Of a stretch of DNA of 64,000 bases, positions 1 through 14,784 are shown piece after piece (within the stretch, counting starts at the first letter, position 1; each line of letters starts with the position of its first letter). The notes under the pieces are model-generated. The model saw nothing but the letters and a program-made list of their open reading frames with translations. It ran no database searches and had not been told where the DNA came from. Position numbers and translations under genes: made by a program. Source of the DNA: Eledone cirrhosa (taxonomy: Eukaryota); assembly GCA_964016885.1 (NCBI GenBank), contig OZ024749.1, positions 62,001 to 126,000 on the forward strand, given 5' to 3'.

Positions 1-736
1 GTGGGATAGCAGGCAAACTAACAGCATATTTTGATTATAATAAAACAAATAATAATAGTAATAATAATAATAATCGTCATTGTTCTTTTCTTCTGTGCCT
101 TTCTTTGCCTTCTCTGTCATCTGAATAACAAAAATAAAAAGAAAAAAGAATCTTAAACATATGTTGCCTTTACAAAGTGCTGTGATCAAAGTAGCTTTTA
201 AGCAATTTCCTAACTAACAAACAACATCAACAAAATATATACAAATATCTTTGAATGTCAAGTCCACCAAGAGAAAATAGTCATAATGTACTTACAGATA
301 CAATGCTAGGGACTCGCATCAATGATTTTTAGTAGAAAATGACTGACTGACTGTTGAGGGACAGAGGTGTGTTTTCAAATATTTATCAATTCACAACAAA
401 GCCTCACAAAGCTACATCATAATGCAAACTCACAACACCCTTCTTATGCAACCTCACCAAGCAACCCCACAACACAACCTCACGTTCACAATTCACAACA
501 CTCAACAAGGCATTCATTATCTAGGGTTTACAGTAAACATAGCGAGGTAAAACACACCCAGTACACTCTGTAAAGTGGTCATTAGGTTAAGATTAAACTG
601 AAATCATACCTCCATTGTCGTTGGCGTATATTTTCTCTAAAACTTAATTTCATTGCTTTCATTTCTATTCTTTTTCTTCTATTCCATCTAAATATGAAAA
701 AAATTATACAGGTCATTTCGTCTTATCAAGAGGTCC

Positions 737-773
<37 letters not shown>

Positions 774-1030
774 CGAGATAATACCTTAAAATAATGGTAA
801 AAAAAGTGTTTAATTACGAAAATCCTTTGAAATAACTTCCTCGCTCTTACTGGTCATACCTGCAAAACACAAAACACTAGCGTTACAGTGAAAAGTGCAG
901 TGCAGTGCAGTGCAGTGCAGTGCAGTGTAATTTAGTATGGTGCAGTTTAGTGGCACAGTACACTGTAAAACATTTAGCCAATCTCTCAGACATTTACAAA
1001 TCTTTCAAGATATATATATATATATATATA

Positions 1031-2232
1031 TATGGGAGAGAGAGAAATTACCCTCAGTAGATCAGACAGAGGGACCAGCTATTGAGATTAACGAATATAG
1101 GGTCCAAGAGGCGATTAAGGAAATGAAAAATGGTGAGGCTGCTGGACCATCGGAGATAGTTGCTGAGATGCTGAAGGCCTCAGGGGACGTAGGCACTAAA
1201 CTGGTTGCACACATCATCAATCAGGCTATATATGGCAGTGTCATACCCAAAGACTAGTGCAAAAGTAAAGGGGACGCTCTTGAGAGGAGAAATTATAGGG
1301 ATATAAAACTGATGGATCAGGTTATGAAAGTGGCAGAAAGGATATTAGCACAACTAATTAGAGAAAGGGTCAAACTAGATGAGATGCAGTTTGGTTTTGT
1401 GCCTGGGAATAGTACAACAGATGCCCTCTTCTTGATGAGACAATTACAAGAGAGGTTCTTAGAGAAAAATAAGCCACTATACTTAGCCTTTGTTGACCTA
1501 GAGAAGGCCTTTGATAGGGGTACCCCGATCTGTCATCTTATTATTTAACCTATAAATGGGGCCCTAACAGGTACTACTACACCAGGCCAGAGCAGACCTG
1601 GGAGTTATGACAACTAAGGGGGTAACTCCACGTTCCCCACAGTTCCTCCTGAACTTGAGCCTTGCCACTGGATGTAGTTTAATGTCATACCCAGGACAAA
1701 TATATACATACATATATATATACATACACACATATATATATATATATACATATATACAAATATATATATGCGTACGAAAGTGTGGTTACATGATGCCTAT
1801 GCGAGATGTGCGACCCTGCATGGTAGTGAGACATGGACAGCAACTGCAGAGGGTATGCGATGGCTGGAGAGAAATGAAGCAAGCACGCTCCGTTGGATGT
1901 GCAATGTCAATGTGCGGGAACGACCAAGCATAAACGAGTTGAGAGAGAAACTGTGTTTAAGAGGGATAAGTTGTGGTGTGCAAGAGGGGACTGAGATGGT
2001 ATGGACATGTGATGCGCATGGAGGTTGAGCGCTGGGTAAAGAAGGGAGACGCAGTAGAGGAAGACCACGAAAAACATGGGTGGAGGTGGTGAGAGCCGAC
2101 TTCAGATCGCTGAAACTCACCAAGGAGATGACGAAGGACCGTGACAAGTGAAGAGATGCTTTGCTCAAGAGGACCTGTCCCACCCTTTCAAGCAGGGAAA
2201 AGCGGACGTAAAATGATGAACAGACGATGATA
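1031..2232 (+). mobile_element. Decayed RTE LINE, RT-to-3'-end fragments (also ~4679-5879 and ~8325-9525)
   Basis: AAGPSEIVAEMLK, MQFGFVPG, FVDLEKAFDR, LHGSETW, GRPRKTW motifs with stops and deletions; ends in GGAAAAGCGGACGTAAAATGATGA tail. Confidence 0.9.
1545..1698. repeat. Short interspersed repeat interrupting the RTE fragment (also in later units and at ~11803-11955)
   Basis: Non-RTE ~150-bp segment (CCCTAACAGGTACTAC...GTCATACCCAGGACA) that breaks RT homology and is followed by TA-rich microsatellite; family not assigned. Confidence 0.5.
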
Positions 2233-2739
2233 ATGATGCTCTCTATATATCTATCTCTCTATCAATCTATCCAGATATCTGTGCATCAGTCTATCTATTT
2301 ACCTATAAACACCCTCCTCACTCCGTCTCAGGATCACCGAGACATCACCAACAACCAACCCACGCTGTGGGAAACAGTCCTCCCCGGGGCACACCCTGGT
2401 ACTTCACACCATCTGTCTGTCTCGCTGCCTAACTACCGAGAAATCCGGCTTCTGTGCTTGCCTAATTTGTAGGTTATTAGGCAGTTGGCAGGTTTGCGGA
2501 AGTTGGTTTTGCAAATGGTTAAAACACTTGCATCACAAAATTCAAATAGCATCACTCCTTGTTTTATCTTTCTCGTCTTTACCTAGGCCTGCATAAGTTA
2601 GTGTTACGGTTAGTGTTACTGTTAGCGTTACGGCTAGTTTTAGGGTTAATTGAGAGCAAGAAACTGCTGCTAGGTAAAGACAAGAAATTCTGCATTTACA
2701 AGCAATTTTTACAAACAGCCACAATGACAGGACGGAGAC

Positions 2740-3672
2740 ATCGTTATGCTAGCAGGGGATTTCAATGGTCATGTTGGACAGCTCTACGATGGTTACACTG
2801 AGGTACATGTTGGGCACACTTACGGCTTAAGAAATGAAGCAGTGAAACTTCTTGAATTTTGCGATGCAATTGCACTAACCATCTACAACACTAACTTACA
2901 CAAATCTGCCAACCACCTAATAACCTACAAATCAGGCAAGCACATAAGCCAGATTGACTTCTTGCTAGTTAGGCAGCGGGACAGGCAGATGGTGTCAAAT
3001 ACAAAGGCATACCCCGGGGAAGAATGTACCCCAAGCAAGAGACTGAATGAGACATACAGGAAGGTGTGGAAAAAAGAAAGGTCTGGAAGCTAAAAGAGCT
3101 CTCACTAAAATACAAATTTAGGAAAGCCCTTCAATATGTGTATGATGAAAAAGAAGACGATTTAGAGTCGTACAACATAGATGATAACTGGAATTTCTTA
3201 TGCGATACCTTACTGCAGGTTACTGATGAAACTTGTGGCTGGATCAGAGTTCCAACCAGACAGAGAGTGACATGGTGGTGGGACAGCACGGTAGATCGGG
3301 CCATTGGAGACTAAAGACTAGCATGGAATGCTTGCAAAATTAGTGCGAGTAGAGAAGAATATACAGCCGCTAAGAGAGAAGCTAGACGTCAGGTGTACTT
3401 AGCATGCAAGGAGGCTGCTCGACGACGTGCGCTGTTCCGTACTGCAAGGCAGTGTGTCAGTGCAAATCGGGATTAAGTCTGTCCGCAATGATGCCGCTGT
3501 ACTTTGTGTCACGAATGAGTGTTGATGAGTAGAAAAGAGGACAAAACTCTATTCCGTCAGGGAAATGGCCATGTTCGATATGCAGAAACGGAACTGGCAT
3601 AAATTATATAAAACGTACGCAAAAGATCGAGTGCGATAGCAGGCACGTAGTGGGATAGCAGGCAAACTAACA
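2740..3672 (+). mobile_element. Decayed RTE LINE endonuclease/linker/PHD fragment (also ~6387-7320 and ~10033-11072)
   Basis: AGDFNGHVG, LLEFCD, SQIDFLLV, RVTWWW, and SGKWPCSIC at ~3556; frameshifts and stops. Confidence 0.9.
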
Positions 3673-4385
3673 GCATATTTTGATTATAATAAAACAAATA
3701 ATAATAGTAATAATAATAATAATCGTCATTGTTCTTTTCTTCTGTGCCTTTCTTTGCCTTCTCTGTCATCTGAATAACAAAAATAAAAAGAAAAAAGAAT
3801 CTTAAACATATGTTGCCTTTACAAAGTGCTGTGATCAAAGTAGCTTTTAAGCAATTTCCTAACTAACAAACAACATCAACAAAATATATACAAATATCTT
3901 TGAATGTCAAGTCCACCAAGAGAAAATAGTCATAATGTACTTACAGATACAATGCTAGGGACTCGCATCAATGATTTTTAGTAGAAAATGACTGACTGAC
4001 TGTTGAGGGACAGAGGTGTGTTTTCAAATATTTATCAATTCACAACAAAGCCTCACAAAGCTACATCATAATGCAAACTCACAACACCCTTCTTATGCAA
4101 CCTCACCAAGCAACCCCACAACACAACCTCACGTTCACAATTCACAACACTCAACAAGGCATTCATTATCTAGGGTTTACAGTAAACATAGCGAGGTAAA
4201 ACACACCCAGTACACTCTGTAAAGTGGTCATTAGGTTAAGATTAAACTGAAATCATACCTCCATTGTCGTTGGCGTATATTTTCTCTAAAACTTAATTTC
4301 ATTGCTTTCATTTCTATTCTTTTTCTTCTATTCCATCTAAATATGAAAAAAATTATACAGGTCATTTCGTCTTATCAAGAGGTCC

Positions 4386-4423
<38 letters not shown>

Positions 4424-7400
4424 CGAGATAATACCTTAAAATAATGGTAAAAAAAGTGTTTAATTACGAAAATCCTTTGAAATAACTTCCTCGCTCTTAC
4501 TGGTCATACCTGCAAAACACAAAACACTAGCGTTACAGTGAAAAGTGCAGTGCAGTGCAGTGCAGTGCAGTGCAGTGCAGTGTAATTTAGTATGGTGCAG
4601 TTTAGTGGCACAGTACACTGTAAAACATTTAGCCAATCTCTCAGACATTTACAAATCTTTCAAGATATATATATATATATGGGAGAGAGAGAAATTACCC
4701 TCAGTAGATCAGACAGAGGGACCAGCTATTGAGATTAACGAATATAGGGTCCAAGAGGCGATTAAGGAAATGAAAAATGGTGAGGCTGCTGGACCATCGG
4801 AGATAGTTGCTGAGATGCTGAAGGCCTCAGGGGACGTAGGCACTAAACTGGTTGCACACATCATCAATCAGGCTATATATGGCAGTGTCATACCCAAAGA
4901 CTAGTGCAAAAGTAAAGGGGACGCTCTTGAGAGGAGAAATTATAGGGATATAAAACTGATGGATCAGGTTATGAAAGTGGCAGAAAGGATATTAGCACAA
5001 CTAATTAGAGAAAGGGTCAAACTAGATGAGATGCAGTTTGGTTTTGTGCCTGGGAATAGTACAACAGATGCCCTCTTCTTGATGAGACAATTACAAGAGA
5101 GGTTCTTAGAGAAAAATAAGCCACTATACTTAGCCTTTGTTGACCTAGAGAAGGCCTTTGATAGGGGTACCCCGATCTGTCATCTTATTATTTAACCTAT
5201 AAATGGGGCCCTAACAGGTACTACTACACCAGGCCAGAGCAGACCTGGGAGTTATGACAACTAAGGGGGTAACTCCACGTTCCCCACAGTTCCTCCTGAA
5301 CTTGAGCCTTGCCACTGGATGTAGTTTAATGTCATACCCAGGACAAATATATACATACATATATATATACATACACACATATATATATATATATACATAT
5401 ATACAAATATATATATGCGTACGAAAGTGTGGTTACATGATGCCTATGCGAGATGTGCGACCCTGCATGGTAGTGAGACATGGACAGCAACTGCAGAGGG
5501 TATGCGATGGCTGGAGAGAAATGAAGCAAGCACGCTCCGTTGGATGTGCAATGTCAATGTGCGGGAACGACCAAGCATAAACGAGTTGAGAGAGAAACTG
5601 TGTTTAAGAGGGATAAGTTGTGGTGTGCAAGAGGGGACTGAGATGGTATGGACATGTGATGCGCATGGAGGTTGAGCGCTGGGTAAAGAAGGGAGACGCA
5701 GTAGAGGAAGACCACGAAAAACATGGGTGGAGGTGGTGAGAGCCGACTTCAGATCGCTGAAACTCACCAAGGAGATGACGAAGGACCGTGACAAGTGAAG
5801 AGATGCTTTGCTCAAGAGGACCTGTCCCACCCTTTCAAGCAGGGAAAAGCGGACGTAAAATGATGAACAGACGATGATAATGATGCTCTCTATATATCTA
5901 TCTCTCTATCAATCTATCCAGATATCTGTGCATCAGTCTATCTATTTACCTATAAACACCCTCCTCACTCCGTCTCAGGATCACCGAGACATCACCAACA
6001 ACCAACCCACGCTGTGGGAAACAGTCCTCCCCGGGGCACACCCTGGTACTTCACACCATCTGTCTGTCTCGCTGCCTAACTACCGAGAAATCCGGCTTCT
6101 GTGCTTGCCTAATTTGTAGGTTATTAGGCAGTTGGCAGGTTTGCGGAAGTTGGTTTTGCAAATGGTTAAAACACTTGCATCACAAAATTCAAATAGCATC
6201 ACTCCTTGTTTTATCTTTCTCGTCTTTACCTAGGCCTGCATAAGTTAGTGTTACGGTTAGTGTTACTGTTAGCGTTACGGCTAGTTTTAGGGTTAATTGA
6301 GAGCAAGAAACTGCTGCTAGGTAAAGACAAGAAATTCTGCATTTACAAGCAATTTTTACAAACAGCCACAATGACAGGACGGAGACATCGTTATGCTAGC
6401 AGGGGATTTCAATGGTCATGTTGGACAGCTCTACGATGGTTACACTGAGGTACATGTTGGGCACACTTACGGCTTAAGAAATGAAGCAGTGAAACTTCTT
6501 GAATTTTGCGATGCAATTGCACTAACCATCTACAACACTAACTTACACAAATCTGCCAACCACCTAATAACCTACAAATCAGGCAAGCACATAAGCCAGA
6601 TTGACTTCTTGCTAGTTAGGCAGCGGGACAGGCAGATGGTGTCAAATACAAAGGCATACCCCGGGGAAGAATGTACCCCAAGCAAGAGACTGAATGAGAC
6701 ATACAGGAAGGTGTGGAAAAAAGAAAGGTCTGGAAGCTAAAAGAGCTCTCACTAAAATACAAATTTAGGAAAGCCCTTCAATATGTGTATGATGAAAAAG
6801 AAGACGATTTAGAGTCGTACAACATAGATGATAACTGGAATTTCTTATGCGATACCTTACTGCAGGTTACTGATGAAACTTGTGGCTGGATCAGAGTTCC
6901 AACCAGACAGAGAGTGACATGGTGGTGGGACAGCACGGTAGATCGGGCCATTGGAGACTAAAGACTAGCATGGAATGCTTGCAAAATTAGTGCGAGTAGA
7001 GAAGAATATACAGCCGCTAAGAGAGAAGCTAGACGTCAGGTGTACTTAGCACGCAAGGAGGCTGCTCGACGACGTGCGCTGTTCCGTACTGCGAGGCAGT
7101 GTGTCAGTGCAAATCGGGATTAAGTCTGTCCGCAATGATGCCGCTGTACTTTGTGTCACGAATGAGTGTTGATGAGTAGAAAAGAGGACAAAACTCTATT
7201 CCGTCAGGGAAATGGCCATGTTCGATATGCAGAAACGGAACTGGCATAAATTATATAAAACGTACACAAAAGATCGAGTGCGATAGCAGGCACGTAGTGG
7301 GATAGCAGGCAAACTAACAGCATATTTTGATTATAATAAAACAAATAATAATAGTAATAATAATAATAATAATCGTCATTGTTCTTTTCTTCTGTGCCTT

Positions 7401-8034
7401 TCTTTGCCTTCTCTGTCATCTGAATAACAAAAATAAAAGAAAAAAGAATCTTAAACATATGTTGCCTTTACAAAGTGCTGTGATCAAAGTAGCTTTTAAG
7501 CAATTTCCTAACTAACAAACAACATCAACAAAATATATACAAATATCTTTGAATGTCAAGTCCACCAAGAGAAAATAGTCATAATGTACTTACAGATACA
7601 ATGCTAGGGACTCGCATCAATGAGTTTTAGTAGAAAATGACTGACTGACTGTTGAGGGACAGAGGTGTGTTTTCAAATATTTATCAATTCACAACAAAGC
7701 CTCACAAAGCTACATCATAATGCAAACTCACAACACCCTTCTTATGCAACCTCACCAAGCAACCCCACAACACAACCTCACGTTCACAATTCACAACACT
7801 CAACAAGGCATTCGTTATCTAGGGTTTACAGTAAACATAGCGAGGTAAAACACACCCAGTACACTCTGTAAAGTGGTCATTAGGTTAAGATTAAACTGAA
7901 ATCATACCTCCATTGTCGTTGGCGTATATTTTCTCTAAAACTTAATTTCATTGCTTTCATTTCTATTCTTTTTCTTCTATTCCATCTAAATATGAAAAAA
8001 ATTATACAGGTCATTTCGTCTTATCAAGAGGTCC

Positions 8035-8070
<36 letters not shown>

Positions 8071-11000
8071 GAGATAATACCTTAAAATAATGGTAAAAAA
8101 AGTGTTTAATTACGAAAATCCTTTGAAATAACTTCCTCGCTCTTACTGGTCATACCTGCAAAACACAAAACACTAGCGTTACAGTGAAAAGTGCAGTGCA
8201 GTGCAGTGCAGTGCAGTGCAGTGCAGTGTAATTTAGTATGGTGCAGTTTAGTGGCACAGTACACTGTAAAACATTTAGCCAATCTCTCAGACATTTACAA
8301 ATCTTTCAAGATATATATATATATATGGGAGAGAGAGAAATTACCCTCAGTAGATCAGACAGAGGGACCAGCTATTGAGATTAACGAATATAGGGTCCAA
8401 GAGGCGATTAAGGAAATGAAAAATGGTGAGGCTGCTGGACCATCGGAGATAGTTGCTGAGATGCTGAAGGCCTCAGGGGACGTAGGCACTAAACTGGTTG
8501 CACACATCATCAATCAGGCTATATATGGCAGTGTCATACCCAAAGACTAGTGCAAAAGTAAAGGGGACGCTCTTGAGAGGAGAAATTATAGGGATATAAA
8601 ACTGATGGATCAGGTTATGAAAGTGGCAGAAAGGATATTAGCACAACTAATTAGAGAAAGGGTCAAACTAGATGAGATGCAGTTTGGTTTTGTGCCTGGG
8701 AATAGTACAACAGATGCCCTCTTCTTGATGAGACAATTACAAGAGAGGTTCTTAGAGAAAAATAAGCCACTATACTTAGCCTTTGTTGACCTAGAGAAGG
8801 CCTTTGATAGGGGTACCCCGATCTGTCATCTTATTATTTAACCTATAAATGGGGCCCTAACAGGTACTACTACACCAGGCCAGAGCAGACCTGGGAGTTA
8901 TGACAACTAAGGGGGTAACTCCACGTTCCCCACAGTTCCTCCTGAACTTGAGCCTTGCCACTGGATGTAGTTTAATGTCATACCCAGGACAAATATATAC
9001 ATACATATATATATACATACACACATATATATATATATATACATATATACAAATATATATATGCGTACGAAAGTGTGGTTACATGATGCCTATGCGAGAT
9101 GTGCGACCCTGCATGGTAGTGAGACATGGACAGCAACTGCAGAGGGTATGCGATGGCTGGAGAGAAATGAAGCAAGCACGCTCCGTTGGATGTGCAATGT
9201 CAATGTGCGGGAACGACCAAGCATAAACGAGTTGAGAGAGAAACTGTGTTTAAGAGGGATAAGTTGTGGTGTGCAAGAGGGGACTGAGATGGTATGGACA
9301 TGTGATGCGCATGGAGGTTGAGCGCTGGGTAAAGAAGGGAGACGCAGTAGAGGAAGACCACGAAAAACATGGGTGGAGGTGGTGAGAGCCGACTTCAGAT
9401 CGCTGAAACTCACCAAGGAGATGACGAAGGACCGTGACAAGTGAAGAGATGCTTTGCTCAAGAGGACCTGTCCCACCCTTTCAAGCAGGGAAAAGCGGAC
9501 GTAAAATGATGAACAGACGATGATAATGATGCTCTCTATATATCTATCTCTCTATCAATCTATCCAGATATCTGTGCATCAGTCTATCTATTTACCTATA
9601 AACACCCTCCTCACTCCGTCTCAGGATCACCGAGACATCACCAACAACCAACCCACGCTGTGGGAAACAGTCCTCCCCGGGGCACACCCTGGTACTTCAC
9701 ACCATCTGTCTGTCTCGCTGCCTAACTACCGAGAAATCCGGCTTCTGTGCTTGCCTAATTTGTAGGTTATTAGGCAGTTGGCAGGTTTGCGGAAGTTGGT
9801 TTTGCAAATGGTTAAAACACTTGCATCACAAAATTCAAATAGCATCACTCCTTGTTTTATCTTTCTCGTCTTTACCTAGGCCTGCATAAGTTAGTGTTAC
9901 GGTTAGTGTTACTGTTAGCGTTACGGCTAGTTTTAGGGTTAATTGAGAGCAAGAAACTGCTGCTAGGTAAAGACAAGAAATTCTGCATTTACAAGCAATT
10001 TTTACAAACAGCCACAATGACAGGACGGAGACATCGTTATGCTAGCAGGGGATTTCAATGGTCATGTTGGACAGCTCTACGATGGTTACACTGAGGTACA
10101 TGTTGGGCACACTTACGGCTTAAGAAATGAAGCAGTGAAACTTCTTGAATTTTGCGATGCAATTGCACTAACCATCTACAACACTAACTTACACAAATCT
10201 GCCAACCACCTAATAACCTACAAATCAGGCAAGCACATAAGCCAGATTGACTTCTTGCTAGTTAGGCAGCGGGACAGGCAGATGGTGTCAAATACAAAGG
10301 CATACCCCGGGGAAGAATGTACCCCAAGCAAGAGACTGAATGAGACATACAGGAAGGTGTGGAAAAAAGAAAGGTCTGGAAGCTAAAAGAGCTCTCACTA
10401 AAATACAAATTTAGGAAAGCCCTTCAATATGTGTATGATGAAAAAGAAGACGATTTAGAGTCGTACAACATAGATGATAACTGGAATTTCTTATGCGATA
10501 CCTTACTGCAGGTTACTGATGAAACTTGTGGCTGGATCAGAGTTCCAACCAGACAGAGAGTGACATGGTGGTGGGACAGCACGGTAGATCGGGCCATTGG
10601 AGACTAAAGACTAGCATGGAATGCTTGCAAAATTAGTGCGAGTAGAGAAGAATATACAGCCGCTAAGAGAGAAGCTAGACGTCAGGTGTACTTAGCACGC
10701 AAGGAGGCTGCTCGACGACGTGCGCTGTTCCGTACTGCGAGGCAGTGTGTCAGTGCAAATCGGGATTAAGTCTGTCCGCAATGATTAAGTCTGTCCGCAA
10801 TGATTTTGTACTCAAAGACTGCTGCAGCAATATTCTCGTAAATTGCTACAAAGGTAAAGGAGATGCTCTGGACATGAGCAATTATAGAGGAATAAAGCTG
10901 ATGGATCAGGTTGTGAAAGTGGCAGAAAGGATATTAGCGCAACTAATTATAGAAAGGGTCCAACTAGATGCGATGCAGTTTGGTTATGTGCCTGGGAAAA

Positions 11001-11073
11001 GTGCAACAGATACCCTCTTAGCGAGACAACTACAAGAGAGGTTATTAGAAGCCACTATACTTAGCTTTTGTTG

Positions 11074-11248
11074 AAATAACTTCCTTTCTCTTACTGATCA
11101 TAACTGCAAAATAGAAAACAGTAGCGTTAGCCTGAACAGTACAGTGCAGTGTAGTGTAGTGTAGTGTGATTTAGTATGGTGCAGTTTAGTGGCACAGTAC
11201 ACTGTAAAACATTTAGCCAATCTCTCAGACATTTACAAATATTTCAAG

Positions 11249-11285
<37 letters not shown>

Positions 11286-11960
11286 ATATATATGGGAGAG
11301 AGAGAAATTACCCTCAGTAGATCAGACAGAAGAACCAGCTATTGAGATTGACGAATATAGGGTCCAAGAGGCGATTAAGGAAATGAAAAATGGTGAGGCT
11401 GCTGGACCATCGGAGATAGTTGTTGAGATGCTGAAGGCCTCAGGGGACGTAGGCACTAAACTGGTTGCACACATCAATCAGGCTATATATGGCAGTGTCA
11501 TACCCAAAGACTAGTGCAAAAGTAAAGGGGATGCTCTTGAGAGGAGAAATTATAGGGGTATAAAACTGATGGATCAGGTTATGAAAGTGGCAGAAAGGAT
11601 ATTAGCACAACTAATTAGAGAAAGGGTCAAACTAGATGAGATGCAGTTTGGTTTTGTGCCTGGGAATAGTACAACAGATGCCCTCTTCTTGATGAGACAA
11701 TTACAAGAGAGGTTCTTAGAGAAAAATAAGCCACTATACTTAGCCTTTGTTGACCTAGAGAAGGCTTTTGATAGGGGTACCCCGATCTGTTATCTTATTA
11801 TTTAACCTATAAATGGGGCCCTAACAGGTACTACTACACCAGGCCAGAGCAGACCTGGGAGTTATGACAACTAAGGGGGTAACTCCACGTTCCCCACAGT
11901 TCCTCCTGAACTTGAGCCTTGCCACTGGATGTAGTTTAATGTCATACCCAGGACAAATAT
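11074..11960 (+). repeat. Partial, more diverged fourth copy of the 3.65-kb unit (matches ~830-1700)
   Basis: ORFs 11176 and 11569 nearly match ORFs 937 and 1312 with several substitutions. Confidence 0.9.
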
Positions 11961-11984
11961 ATACACACACATATATATATATAT

Positions 11985-12282
11985 CAAAATTGATGGAAGT
12001 TACGGAGTAGGCAGACCCAGAAAAACCTGGGACGATCTGATAAATTCCGACCTTACATACATCTCTCCAAGACAATGTCACTGGACAGAGATCGTTGGCA
12101 CTACGCAGTAATACAGAAGACCTGATTTGTCTATGTACAACGCGAAACCTCGTCAGTAGGCACCTCTTAACCAAAAATACACCCGCATCCCACTACCCTC
12201 TCCTCCAACCTCTTTCTCTGTAAAGTTATGTTGGTACCACAACATCCAGCCCTAAATAAATGAGGTCGTGTAGATGTCACGA

Positions 12283-12321
<39 letters not shown>

Positions 12322-12527
12322 CCACGCTGTAATGTGCCCGTGTAGGTAACACGGTAAAAACCTCCCAGTCCACACTAAACGTGGTTGGTGTTAGGAAGGG
12401 CACCCAACCGTAGAAAACCTGCCAGACAGTCCTATACGAGCGAGAAAAACCAATCTTGCCTCAAGTGGGACATCTCCCGTCTAAACCCATGCTAGCGTGG
12501 AAGATAGACTTTAAACGATGATGATGA
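11985..12527 (+). mobile_element. RTE LINE 3' end with 3'UTR and (GAT)n tail
   Basis: GVGRPRKTWDDLI coding remnant; UTR is homologous to the reverse complement of 18005-18540; ends TAAACGATGATGATGAT. Confidence 0.88.
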
Positions 12528-13224
12528 TATATACACATGGGATAACAAGTTATCGTTTTAGGTAATCCAGTGAGAGGTTTCCTTACTTAGGTAGCGAGTT
12601 TGCAATAATTCCCATGCAGGTCGATCTTGGAGTAATAGTAGTGAAAGAATGAAGAGTAAGATGGTCGGCTGTATAAAAAGGGTTTTATTTACAGTACTAA
12701 CAATTGTTTCATTGAACAGGTGAGTCTAAAAGTCGCTAATCACTCGACCTTAAATACAGTGTGTGGCTCTGATAAAATCATCGGAATACTGGAGGGTGTA
12801 ACACATGGCATTAGCATTTATAGATACATCAGAGAATCGAGTGAATGAAAACGAAAACATCAATAATAAAAGATAAACAATAATAAAAGTATAAAGAAGA
12901 AAGAATGACGATATAAAAAATAAGTACAAAATACGGTTTCTGATAATAGTAGAAGTTATAGTGTAAGTGGATGTGTAAAATAGTGATGACAATAATGATA
13001 ACAATAACATGAAAAGGAATACGATATATGTTTCAGCAAAATAAAAAGGCAAGTTGTATAATAAAATATCAAAGGATTAAATAAATAATAAAAAGTAAGA
13101 GATAGAGAGATAAGGAATAGGAGACAGGGACTGAGAATATGGATTCGAGGATGAGACATAAAGGGTAGGAATAAGGAGAGGGACTAAAAGTTATGTTTTT
13201 CTTAACGATGATAATACAAAATTA

Positions 13225-13855
13225 GAGGAATCAAAAGAGAATTACAGTACTATTCACATGTAGTGCAACTGGTGAAAAGTTTAAACCCCTTTTTACTGAA
13301 AAAAGCCTTAAACCTCGTTGTTTCAAGAATATTGACATTTCTAAACAGAAATTTTATTATAAAAAGAACATTACGGATGGATGACAGACAATATATTTTC
13401 ATTTTACCTAAAAGAAATCAATTACGAATTTTTTAAACAATAGAGAAAAGTATTATTGCTCCTTGATAATGCAGCATGCCACAAACAAAGCTTTTAAAAT
13501 ATAAAACTTTTTTTTTCTACCCTCGAACACAACTACAAAATTACAACCTTTAGACCAAGGAATAATTTGGTCATTCAAAAGCAACTACAATACGATTTTT
13601 ATTAATAAAGTTGGTTAATAAAGATGTGAAAGTGTCAATTTAAAAGGAACGTCATGAGTTACGCCCCTTTATTTTCCGAGTTCAACTTGGCCTTTCATCC
13701 TTATAGGCTCGATAAATAAAGTACCAGTGATGCACTGGAATAATTGCTGGCAAAAGTAAAAACAGTTATTGCATGGTATTTTTGGTCAGTCCAGGCATGG
13801 GATTCGGTTGTAAAAGAGACAATTGTAAATTGCTGGGAAAAGTCAGGTCTACGAA
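13225..13855 (+). pseudogene. pogo/Tigger-type (DDE_1) transposase remnant
   Basis: Translated fragments KERITVLFTCSATGEKFKP, WMT, RKVLLLLDNAACH, FLPSNTTTKLQPLDQGII, QAWDSVVKETIVNCWEKSG; multiple frameshifts. Confidence 0.85.
13675..13770 (+). mobile_element. Nin-domain-like SINE fragment inside the pogo remnant
   Basis: GCCTTTCATCCTT...CGATAAATAAAGTACCAG resembles the Nin/Deu SINE core as I recall it; a related motif lies on the minus strand at ~24780-24860. Confidence 0.55.
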
Positions 13856-14784
13856 TACAGAATTCAATGAGTGAAGATTCGGTTGCAAAAGCATTGTGTT
13901 TAGAAAATGGGGAATACGAGCTGAAATACGCACTTAAGGAACTCAAGGAGCTAAAATATGATAATGTTACTTTTACAATTAAAACTTAAATTTAAATTTT
14001 TATGTCTTGTTTTTAGTTTGGGGAGGGGGGGATGTCAAAATAACCAACTTTTCTTTTAAAATGTTAATTAAGGTAAACATGACAACTTAAATTCAAGTTT
14101 TTTGTCAAAAAAAAAAAAAAAAGGTCATTATTGACATTTTTACACACACATATATATACATACATACATACACTAGCTACACTCTACGCTATATATATAT
14201 ATACTACGAGTGGTTTTCTGCTAGCATGTGTAGTGTGTATATTGATATTATACGCAAGTATATATACATGTAGATATGATACGTCAAATAAAATCGCAAT
14301 TGACAATATACACATTAGTTGAACGAAGACTGTGTTACACTGTCTTATGTGATAAATGATACATTTATAGATAAGGATGAGGGGCTAAATATTATCTATA
14401 TGATTTTACATTGTTGTTATAGGTCTTCGAAGGATATTAGTTATAAGTGATATAATTGAAATACCTTAATCGAAGAGTTGGTAGCTTCTTATCGGTAGTA
14501 AATGCTGCTGACTTCCAGGATATAAATAAATAGCTCTTCAATGCTCACTCCTCTATAAATATAATTTTATTTGTCGAAAAGGATTGTAGGAGTCATTTTA
14601 CAATAAATTTTCGCGCGATGTATCATCTGCAAGTCAGTTCGGTCTGTCATACGCAACTTCCCATTGGTCAGTTTGATGTATGTTGAAAGTAAAGGAGTGT
14701 TTGGATGTGATTGTGGTGTTTGCGGTGGTGCTTGTATTGACACATTGTAGCAGAGGGGAGTATGAGGCTCTGATGTGAGAGCAT

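Larger units (their letters stand above)
1..10782. repeat. Tandem segmental duplication, ~3 copies of a ~3.65-kb unit
   Basis: GTGGGATAGCAGGCAAAC recurs at 1, 3650 and 7297; identical ORFs recur at +3646 to +3649; copies differ mostly in homopolymer/microsatellite length plus a few SNPs. The array may continue left of the window. Confidence 0.97.

Noticed and set aside
2597-2650. Telomere-like degenerate hexamers (GTTAGT/GTTACG/TTAGGG)
   Set aside because: Only one perfect TTAGGG in ~9 degenerate units; insufficient for an interstitial telomere call.
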